A DNA stretch of 39,654 nucleotides, from contig JAKFYA010000251.1 of assembly GCA_021731095.1 (NCBI GenBank), forward strand, positions 1 to 39,654. Reading direction: 5' to 3'. The number at the start of each line of letters is the position of its first letter. Position 1 is the first letter of the stretch. The position numbers and the translations under genes are program-made. The DNA comes from Acidobacteriota bacterium (GTDB taxonomy: Bacteria > Acidobacteriota > Vicinamibacteria > Vicinamibacterales > UBA2999). Shown in pieces: positions 28,824 through 36,253 of the stretch. The notes beneath the pieces were generated by a model. It was given only the letters and a program-made list of their open reading frames with translations, was not told the origin of the DNA and did no database searches.

Positions 28824-28850
28824 GGTGATAGCATTAAACCATTGAAAAAC

Positions 28851-31487
28851 ATGGTCTTGTCTGACCGTGACGCAATGACCTCGCCCACCGGTTCCCGCAC
28901 CAACGGCAAATTCCTCGACGTGGATGGCCGGCGCTTCCTGGTCAAGGGCGTCACCTACGGCACGTTCGCCCCGGACGCGACCGGAGGCCAGTTTCCAACG
29001 CTGGCACAGATCGACCGCGACTTCGGCCTGATGGCCGCTGCAGGTGTGAACACGGTCCGCGTGTACACCGTCCCCGCTCCCGAGTTGCTGGATACGGCCG
29101 CCAGCCACGGCCTGCGCGTCATGATTGGGGTGCCCTGGGCCCAGCACATCGCCTTTCTGGGCGACCCGGCCCTGACCCGGAGCATCCGCGAACAGGCCGC
29201 CACCACCGTCCGGACTCTGGCCAGTCATCCCGCCACGCTGATGTTTGCGGTCGGCAACGAGATTCCGGCCTCTGTGGTGCGCTGGCACGGCCAGGAGCAG
29301 ATCGAGCGTTTCCTCGGCGAGCTGTATGACGCCTGCAAGCAGGCCGCGCCGGACAGCGTCCTCACCTACGTCAACTTTCCGCCCACCGAATATCTCGACC
29401 TCGAGTGCTTCGACGTCTGCAGTTTCAACGTCTATCTGCACCGGGAAGCCGACCTGCGTGCCTATCTGGCCCGGCTGCAGCACCGGGCCGGCTACAAGCC
29501 GCTGCTGCTGGCCGAGGCTGGCGCCGACAGCATTCGCGAGGGTCTGGACGGCCAGGCGCGCATCACGGCCAATCACATCCGCGCGGCGTTCGAGGAAGGC
29601 GCCTGCGGCGCCGTTGCCTTTGCGTGGACCGACGAGTGGTGGCGCGGTGGACACACTGTTGAGGACTGGTCCTTCGGACTCGTGGACGTGGCCCGTGAGC
29701 CGAAGCCGGCCCTGCCCGCCGTCTCCGCGGCATTTGCCCAGGCCCCCTTCTCAGACGAGGCGCGCGCGACCTGGCCCAGGACATCCGTCGTGGTCTGCGC
29801 GTACAACGCGGCGGACACCATCGACGACTGCCTGGCATCGCTCGAACAGCTCACCTACCCGAACGTCGAACTGATCGTGGTCAACGACGGCTCGAAGGAC
29901 GCCACGGGCACCATCGCGCGCCGGTATCCGACGGCCCACGTCATCGACATTCCGAATGGCGGCCTTAGTGCCGCGCGCAACGTGGGTCTGGCCCACGCGA
30001 CCGGCGAGTATGTCGCCTACACGGACGCCGATGTCCGGGTGGACCCTGACTGGCTGACCTATCTGGTGCAGCCCATGTTGTCAGGCGCGTTCGCCGGCTC
30101 GGGCGGTCCCAACGTGGTGCCACCGGAGGACGACTGGGTTGCCCAGTGCGTGGCCCGCTCACCGGGCGGCCCGACCCACGTCCTGCTCGACGACCGGGTG
30201 GCCGAGCACGTGCCTGGCTGCAACATGGCCTTCCGGCGCGACGCGCTCAATTCGATTGGCGGCTTCAACCCGGTCTACCTCCGCGCCGGCGACGACGTGG
30301 ACATCTGCTGGCGCCTCCAGGCGCGCGGTCTCCGCATCGGCTTTGCGCCGTCCGCTCTGGTCTGGCACCACCACCGCGCCACCGTCTCGGCCTACTGGCG
30401 TCAGCAGGTCGGATATGGCGAAGGCGAGACCTGGCTCGACGCACACCACCCCGAGAAGTTCGTTGGCGGCCAGGCAACGTGGCGCGGGCACATCTACAGC
30501 CCGCTGCCGTTTCTCCGCTCCTTCAAGGGCAGCCGCGTGAACACCGGCGTCTGGGGCACCGCCGCCTTCCCGTCCATCTACAGCGACGACGCCTACCGTC
30601 TGGAATATCTGCCGCACACGCCGCTCTGGCTGGGCGTCTCGCTGGCGCTCATCCTGGGTGGCGCGGTCGGTGTCGGTTTCCGCGAGGTCTTCGGCCTGTT
30701 GGCCCTGCTGGCCGGCCTTGGCGGCTGGGCCACCACCATCTCCCGGTGCATCACGTTCGCCCGGCGCTCGAACCTGCATGGCCTCCCGGACATCGGCACC
30801 CGGACGCACGCCCAGAGCCGGCTGATGTATCAGGGCCTGATCGCCTGGCTCCACATCATTCATCCGCTCGCGCGCCTGCGGGGCCGGCTGCGCGGCATGG
30901 CCGAGATGCCCCATGCCGTGTCCTCCGAGCACGTCATGCGACGGCCCTGGAAGATACCCTTCCCCTTGCCGGACGACCTCCGCCGCGCTGCCAACCTCAT
31001 TCTGTGCCGCACCGACGAGCGCGCCTTCTGGAGCGAGAACTGGGTGGCCCATGGCGAGGTACTGACCGAGCTCATCGGCGTGCTGCGTGCCGCACGGCCT
31101 GCACCGGTCATCGATGTGGACGAGGGCTGGCGGCAGGACCGCGACATCAGCCTGGCCGTCGGCCGCTGGGGCTGGCTGCACGTCAGCGCACTGGTCGAGG
31201 AGCACGCCGCTGGCAAGTGCCTCTTCCGCATCGCCACCCGCCTGCGCCTCAGCTTCATTGGCACCCTGCAGGCGCTGAGCGTCGCGCTGCTGCTCTCCTT
31301 CGGCAGCGTCGCGCTGATGTCGCTGCATCGCCCCTCCGGCCGCCTGCTCTCGGCGGTGGCCTTCGGCGTCCTGGCTATCCGCACGGCCTGGCAGACCATC
31401 CGCATCACGGCTGTCCTCGACCGCGCCATTCTGCGTACGGTTGGCGCGTCCGGCATGATGCCACTTCCCCCGACGCCGAAGGCCTGA
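28851..31487 (+). CDS. three-part fusion: clan GH-A (TIM-barrel) glycoside hydrolase-like domain, family-2 glycosyltransferase, and a C-terminal membrane region (878 aa)
   Basis: - GH part: VGNEIP (E137, nt 29259-29261) and LLAEAG (E222, nt 29514-29516).
- GT2 part: VVVCAYNAADTI, NDGSKD, YTDADV, GDDVDICWR and YWRQQVGYGEGE.
- Hydrophobic helices at roughly nt 30625-30745 and 31265-31400.
The start at 28851 is uncertain; 28875 is the alternative. Confidence 0.8.
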   Translation: MVLSDRDAMTSPTGSRTNGKFLDVDGRRFLVKGVTYGTFAPDATGGQFPTLAQIDRDFGLMAAAGVNTVRVYTVPAPELLDTAASHGLRVMIGVPWAQHIAFLGDPALTRSIREQAATTVRTLASHPATLMFAVGNEIPASVVRWHGQEQIERFLGELYDACKQAAPDSVLTYVNFPPTEYLDLECFDVCSFNVYLHREADLRAYLARLQHRAGYKPLLLAEAGADSIREGLDGQARITANHIRAAFEEGACGAVAFAWTDEWWRGGHTVEDWSFGLVDVAREPKPALPAVSAAFAQAPFSDEARATWPRTSVVVCAYNAADTIDDCLASLEQLTYPNVELIVVNDGSKDATGTIARRYPTAHVIDIPNGGLSAARNVGLAHATGEYVAYTDADVRVDPDWLTYLVQPMLSGAFAGSGGPNVVPPEDDWVAQCVARSPGGPTHVLLDDRVAEHVPGCNMAFRRDALNSIGGFNPVYLRAGDDVDICWRLQARGLRIGFAPSALVWHHHRATVSAYWRQQVGYGEGETWLDAHHPEKFVGGQATWRGHIYSPLPFLRSFKGSRVNTGVWGTAAFPSIYSDDAYRLEYLPHTPLWLGVSLALILGGAVGVGFREVFGLLALLAGLGGWATTISRCITFARRSNLHGLPDIGTRTHAQSRLMYQGLIAWLHIIHPLARLRGRLRGMAEMPHAVSSEHVMRRPWKIPFPLPDDLRRAANLILCRTDERAFWSENWVAHGEVLTELIGVLRAARPAPVIDVDEGWRQDRDISLAVGRWGWLHVSALVEEHAAGKCLFRIATRLRLSFIGTLQALSVALLLSFGSVALMSLHRPSGRLLSAVAFGVLAIRTAWQTIRITAVLDRAILRTVGASGMMPLPPTPKA

Positions 31488-31492
31488 CCGGC

Positions 31493-33316
31493 ATGCGGGA
31501 GTTCTCCTGGAGCCTCGCGTTTCTCAGGCCGTATCGAGTCCGGGTGTTCGGCATTGCCGCGCTCGCCCTGGTCGAAATTGGTCTGGCCGCGCTGGCGCCC
31601 TGGCCGATGAAGGCCATCGTCGACAACGTCTTCGGCCGCCAGCCGTTCCCACCCGCGCTGGCCGGGCCGGTCAACACGCTCACTGGCGGACGCGTGGTAG
31701 CGTTGCTCATCGTCGTGGCGCTGGCCGGCCTGCTGCTGCAGCTCCTCCTCGAAGTCGTGCGCGCCGTACATACGCAGATTCAGGTGGATACAGGCCAGCG
31801 CATCGTGTACGACCTGCGCGGGCGGCTGCTCGAGCATCTGCAGGCCCTGCCGCTCAGGCACCACGTGCTGGGTCGCACCGCCGACAGCGTCTACCGCCTC
31901 GACGCAGACGCGTACTGCGTCAACGACCTGGTCATCGGCGGCGTTTTCCCGCTGGCCACGGCGGCCCTGAACCTGACGGTCATGTTTGCGGTGCTGGCAC
32001 GGCTCGATACACCGCTCGCCCTGCTGTCCCTGGCCGTGGCACCGTTCCTCTATGTCTCGCTGCGGTACTACTCGCGCACGATGACCGATCGGGCCGAACA
32101 GGTGAAGTCGCGCGAGTCCACACTGGTCGAGCGGGCGTACGAAATCCTGTCCTCCATCGCCGCCATCAAGAGCTTCGCCCGCGAGCGTCACGAACTGTCG
32201 CGCTTCGCGCGCACCGGCAACGACACGATGGCCGCACGCCTGACGCTCACGTGGCAGGAGTCGCTCTTCTCCGTGTGCGTCACGGCCATCACCCTGACCG
32301 GGACGGCCCTGGTGCTGGTGGTCGGCGGGCTTCACGTCATCGACGGCACCCTGACCGTGGGCGGGCTTCTGGTCGTCATCGCCTATCTGGCGGCCGTCTA
32401 CAACCCGTTGTCTTCCATCGCGCACACCACCGGCGCCCTGCAGCAGGCGCGCGTCAGCGCGCGCCGCGTGCAGGAACTGCTGGCGCTGGCGCCCGAACAG
32501 CTTGACGCGCCTGACGGTGTGGATGCCGCTGGCATCGCCGGCCACATCGAGTTCAAGGATGTGGGCTTTGCCTACGACGCCAGCCGGCAGATCCTCGATC
32601 AGATCAGCTTCGTGGCCCATCCGGGCGAAATGGTGGCGCTGGTCGGCCTGACCGGCGCAGGCAAGACCACCCTTGCCAGCCTGATTCCGCGCTTCTTCGA
32701 ACCGACGCATGGCCAGGTGCTGATAGATGGCGTCGAGGTGCAGCGCTATCGCCTGCGCTCGTTGCGCGAACGCATCGCGCTGGTGCCACAGGAATCGGCC
32801 CTCTTCGGCGGCACCATCGGCGACAACATCCGGTACGGCCGGCTCGACGCCACAGACGCGGACGTCGAGGCTGCCGCCCATCTGGCCCACGTCCACCACT
32901 TCATCGAGCGTCTGCCCGGTCGCTACGACACGCCGGTGGCCGAAGCCGGGGCGACGCTCTCGGGCGGCGAACGTCAGCGTCTCGGCATTGCCCGCGCCCT
33001 GCTGAAGAACGCGCCCATTCTCATCCTCGACGAACCGACGTCCTCGCTGGACGCCATCTCCGAGGATGCCGTGTTCCAGGCGCTGCGGCGTCTGCGCGAG
33101 GGCCGCACGACCATCGTCATCGCGCACCGGCTCTCCACCATCCGCGATGCCGACCGCATCCTCGTGCTGCACGAAGGGCGCGTCATGGCCCAGGGGACGC
33201 ACGACGAGCTGACCGCCTCCAACGAACTGTACCGCCGCATGTGTGCCCGACTCTCCGTGGGCCGTTCGCTCGACGAACCAGAGTCCGTGGACGAGATGCT
33301 GAAGGCGCTGGCGTGA
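31493..33316 (+). CDS. ABC exporter half-transporter (fused TMD-NBD), 607 aa
   Basis: GLTGAGKTT, LSGGERQRLGIARAL, ILILDEPTSSLD and IAHRLST. Sits 5 nt after the upstream stop. Confidence 0.9.
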   Translation: MREFSWSLAFLRPYRVRVFGIAALALVEIGLAALAPWPMKAIVDNVFGRQPFPPALAGPVNTLTGGRVVALLIVVALAGLLLQLLLEVVRAVHTQIQVDTGQRIVYDLRGRLLEHLQALPLRHHVLGRTADSVYRLDADAYCVNDLVIGGVFPLATAALNLTVMFAVLARLDTPLALLSLAVAPFLYVSLRYYSRTMTDRAEQVKSRESTLVERAYEILSSIAAIKSFARERHELSRFARTGNDTMAARLTLTWQESLFSVCVTAITLTGTALVLVVGGLHVIDGTLTVGGLLVVIAYLAAVYNPLSSIAHTTGALQQARVSARRVQELLALAPEQLDAPDGVDAAGIAGHIEFKDVGFAYDASRQILDQISFVAHPGEMVALVGLTGAGKTTLASLIPRFFEPTHGQVLIDGVEVQRYRLRSLRERIALVPQESALFGGTIGDNIRYGRLDATDADVEAAAHLAHVHHFIERLPGRYDTPVAEAGATLSGGERQRLGIARALLKNAPILILDEPTSSLDAISEDAVFQALRRLREGRTTIVIAHRLSTIRDADRILVLHEGRVMAQGTHDELTASNELYRRMCARLSVGRSLDEPESVDEMLKALA

Positions 33317-34431
33317 AGATCGTCCTTGCGGGCATCATTGCCCGCTATCCGTACGGTGGCGTCACGTGGTGCTCGCTGATGTACCTGCTCGGCCTGCGAG
33401 CGCTGGGCCACGAGGTCTGCTACATCGAAGACACAGGGGAGTGCGTCTACGATCCGGTGCAGAACGCCATCTCGACAGACCCGGCCTACGGCACCACCTA
33501 CATTCACCAGTCGCTGGAACCGTTCGGTCTCGGCGACCGCTGGAGCTTCGTCAACTACGACGGGTCCTACCACGGCGCATCCCGCGAGACCGTGCGCCGC
33601 TGGTGCGCCGATGCGGACCTCTTCGTGAACCTGTCGGGCGGCTCGTGGTTCTGGCGCGACGAGTACGCCGCCATCCCGCGCAAGGTCTTCATCGACTCGG
33701 ACCCGGTGTTCACGCAGCTCGCCATTGCCAAGGGTGAGGCCTGGTACGTCGACTTCTTCCGCAGGTTCGACCATCACTTCACCTTCGGCGCCAACATCGG
33801 CACCCCTGCCTGCGCGGTGCCGACCGGCGGCTTCACCTGGCACCACACCTGGCAACCGGTGGTGATGGACCAGTGGGCGAACTCCACCCCACCCGGTGAC
33901 CGCTTCTCGACGGTGATGACCTGGAAGATCGAGAGCTTTGCCGATGTGGGCGGCAACAAGGATCAGGAGTTCGTGCGCTTCATCGACCTCCCGTCGCGCA
34001 CGCCGAGCCGGTTCGAGCTGGCGATCAACGGCCCCCAGGCCCTGCTACAGCAGCATGGATGGGCCACCGTGGATGCGATGGGCGTCTCGCGCTCCCTCTG
34101 GGACTATCGCGCCTTCATCCAGCGGTCCCGTGCCGAGTTTGGCGTGGCCAAGCACACCTACGTCGCGCATCGCTCCGGGTGGTTCAGCGACCGGACCGCG
34201 TGCTATCTGGCCGCCGGGCGCCCCGCGCTCGTGCAGGACACCGGGTGGAGCGCACATCTTCCCGCCGGCACGGGGCTGCTGGCCTTCTCGAATCCCGAGG
34301 AGGCCCTGGACGGCCTGGCGCGCATCGAGGCCGACTACGACGCGCACGCCCGCGCGGCGCTGGCCATCGCGCACGAGCACTTCGATGCCGCGGTGGTGCT
34401 GCCGCGCCTGCTGGAGACGGCATGTCAGTAG
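33313..34431 (+). CDS. uncharacterised protein, possibly GT-B fold / CgeB-like (372 aa)
   Basis: GTG start overlaps the ABC stop (GTGA). The N-terminus KIVLAGIIARYPYGGVTW...GHEV and the C-terminal SDRTACYLAAGRPALVQDTG are reminiscent of GT-B Rossmann halves. I cannot name a family with confidence. Confidence 0.5.
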   Translation: MKIVLAGIIARYPYGGVTWCSLMYLLGLRALGHEVCYIEDTGECVYDPVQNAISTDPAYGTTYIHQSLEPFGLGDRWSFVNYDGSYHGASRETVRRWCADADLFVNLSGGSWFWRDEYAAIPRKVFIDSDPVFTQLAIAKGEAWYVDFFRRFDHHFTFGANIGTPACAVPTGGFTWHHTWQPVVMDQWANSTPPGDRFSTVMTWKIESFADVGGNKDQEFVRFIDLPSRTPSRFELAINGPQALLQQHGWATVDAMGVSRSLWDYRAFIQRSRAEFGVAKHTYVAHRSGWFSDRTACYLAAGRPALVQDTGWSAHLPAGTGLLAFSNPEEALDGLARIEADYDAHARAALAIAHEHFDAAVVLPRLLETACQ

Positions 34432-35468
34432 ACCGACCGCTGCGCATTGCCCAGGTGGCACCCGTGGCGCAGCCCGTTCCGCCCCCGCGTTCGGGTTCCA
34501 TCGAGACCCTGACGGCACTCCTGACCGATGGGCTGGTGGCCCGCGGCCACGACGTCACGCTGTTTGCCACCGGCGGGTCGCGCACCAGTGCCCGGCTCCA
34601 CGCGGTGTACCCCAAGGGGTATCGCGAGAACCCGGCGCTGTGGCCCTGGGAGCTGTGCGAGCTGTTCAATCTCTCGGCGGCGGTGGAACGCGGCGCGCAG
34701 TTCGACATCATCCACTACCAGGCCGAGTACTCGCCGCTCTCGCTGGCCTACGCCGGCCTGTCGGTCGCCCCGGTTCTCCAGACCATCCACCACATGCCAA
34801 CGGAGTCGGAGGTCGCTCTCTGGCGCCAGTATCCGGAGGCCCCCTTCGTGGCCATCTCCCACGAACAGGCCAGGGCACTCACCGGACTGCGCGTGACCGG
34901 CGTGGTCCATCACGCTGTCGACACCAGCATCTACACGTTTCAGCGCGACCCGCAGGACTACCTCCTGTTCCTCGGACGGTTCACCGAAGGCAAAGGGGTC
35001 CTCCGCGCCATCGAAGTGGCCCGTCAGACCGGACACCGCCTGATCATCGCGGCTGCCGAGAACGACTACTACCGCGAGCACGTGGCTCCGCTGGTGGACG
35101 GACGACAGATTGTCTATGTCGGCGAAGTGGAACTGCGGGAGAAGGTGGCGCTGCTCGGCGGCGCCCGCGCGCTGCTCTACCCGGTGCAGGCCGGCGAGCC
35201 GTTCGGCCTGGTGCTGGCCGAGGCGATCGCCTGCGGGACGCCAGCCGCCGCCCTGCGACTGGGCGCCGTCGGTGAGTTGATCGACGACGGTCTCACCGGC
35301 ATGGCCTTCTCGTCGCTGGACGAGCTGGTGCACGGCCTTCCCCAGGTGCTGGCACTCGATCGCGCGGCGGTGCGTACCCAGGCGGTCGCACGGTTCGGCG
35401 TGAGCCGGATGGTCGACGAATACGAGGCGACCTACCGCGCCCTGACGACGGCCGGGAGCCGGCTGTGA
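34422..35468 (+). CDS. GT4-family (GT-B, retaining-type) glycosyltransferase
   Basis: LRIAQVAPVAQPVPPPRSGSIE...GHDVTLFA N-terminus and the EPFGLVLAEAIACGTP nucleotide-sugar binding motif. 10-nt overlap with the upstream gene. Confidence 0.85.
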   Translation: MSVDRPLRIAQVAPVAQPVPPPRSGSIETLTALLTDGLVARGHDVTLFATGGSRTSARLHAVYPKGYRENPALWPWELCELFNLSAAVERGAQFDIIHYQAEYSPLSLAYAGLSVAPVLQTIHHMPTESEVALWRQYPEAPFVAISHEQARALTGLRVTGVVHHAVDTSIYTFQRDPQDYLLFLGRFTEGKGVLRAIEVARQTGHRLIIAAAENDYYREHVAPLVDGRQIVYVGEVELREKVALLGGARALLYPVQAGEPFGLVLAEAIACGTPAAALRLGAVGELIDDGLTGMAFSSLDELVHGLPQVLALDRAAVRTQAVARFGVSRMVDEYEATYRALTTAGSRL

Positions 35469-36253
35469 CGGCCACTGCAGGCACACGGCCCGATGCCGGA
35501 CGGTCGCTGCTCGCCGTCTTCGCCCATCCGGATGACGAGTCCATCGCCTGCGGCGGTCTCCTCGCGTGGTGCGCTGACCGTGGTGCCCGCGTGTCGGTGC
35601 TGTGCGTGACCCGTGGCGGCTACGGCGCCGGTGACACGGCGCCGGCACATCAGGCCCGTCGGACCGCCGAGCTTCAGGCGGCCGCGGAGCACCTCGGCCT
35701 GGCGGAGGTGGACGTGCTCGACTACCGGGACGGCTATCTGCCCTGGGAGGACCGCCCGGCGCTGGTCCAGGACATCCGCTCGACCATCGCACGCCTGCAG
35801 CCGGAGGTGGTGGTGACCTTCGGCGCGGACGGGCTCTACTGGCACCCGGACCACATCGCCGTACACGAGGCCACCACGGCCGCCGTCGGCGCCCTCGGGT
35901 CTCAGGCCCCGGCACTCTTCTACGTCACGTCTCCACCGGGCCAGATGCGGCTCGTCCTGGACGCGGCACTGGCCGCCCACTCGCGGCGGTCCGAGGGCCA
36001 CGCGCCCCGGAGTATTCTCGGCATCACGGCTGTGGAGGCCTTCGGCTCGCACGCGGAACCCCCGACGCTGGTGGTGGATGCCACGGCCTATGCCGCCCGG
36101 AAACTCGCCGCGCTGCGGTGCCACCAGACGCAACTGGCTGGCGACGCGCTGGACCTGCTCCCCGGTGACCAGGCGCATCTGCTGGGCGTGGAGCACTACC
36201 ACCGGGCCGCGACCGGCGCCACCGGGGTCACTTTCATCGAGCGACTTGCCTGA
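35465..36253 (+). CDS. PIG-L / LmbE-family de-N-acetylase
   Basis: AVFAHPDDES and HPDH zinc-site motifs. GTGA overlap with the upstream gene. Confidence 0.85.
   Translation: MTATAGTRPDAGRSLLAVFAHPDDESIACGGLLAWCADRGARVSVLCVTRGGYGAGDTAPAHQARRTAELQAAAEHLGLAEVDVLDYRDGYLPWEDRPALVQDIRSTIARLQPEVVVTFGADGLYWHPDHIAVHEATTAAVGALGSQAPALFYVTSPPGQMRLVLDAALAAHSRRSEGHAPRSILGITAVEAFGSHAEPPTLVVDATAYAARKLAALRCHQTQLAGDALDLLPGDQAHLLGVEHYHRAATGATGVTFIERLA

Noticed and set aside
27018-29654. N-terminal extensions suggested by the longest-ORF track:
- 878-aa version of the ABC exporter;
- 3524-4603 version of the carbonic anhydrase;
- 15271-16941 version of thiD;
- 30146-33316 version of the second ABC exporter;
- 22382-23413 version of the GNAT;
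- 6817-7728 version of the MocA-like gene;
- 28710-31487 version of the synthase.
   Set aside because: The extensions are low-complexity, overlap well-supported neighbouring genes or the tRNA, and precede internal starts where recognisable N-termini begin. Those internal starts often have RBS, -10 or overlap-coupling evidence.
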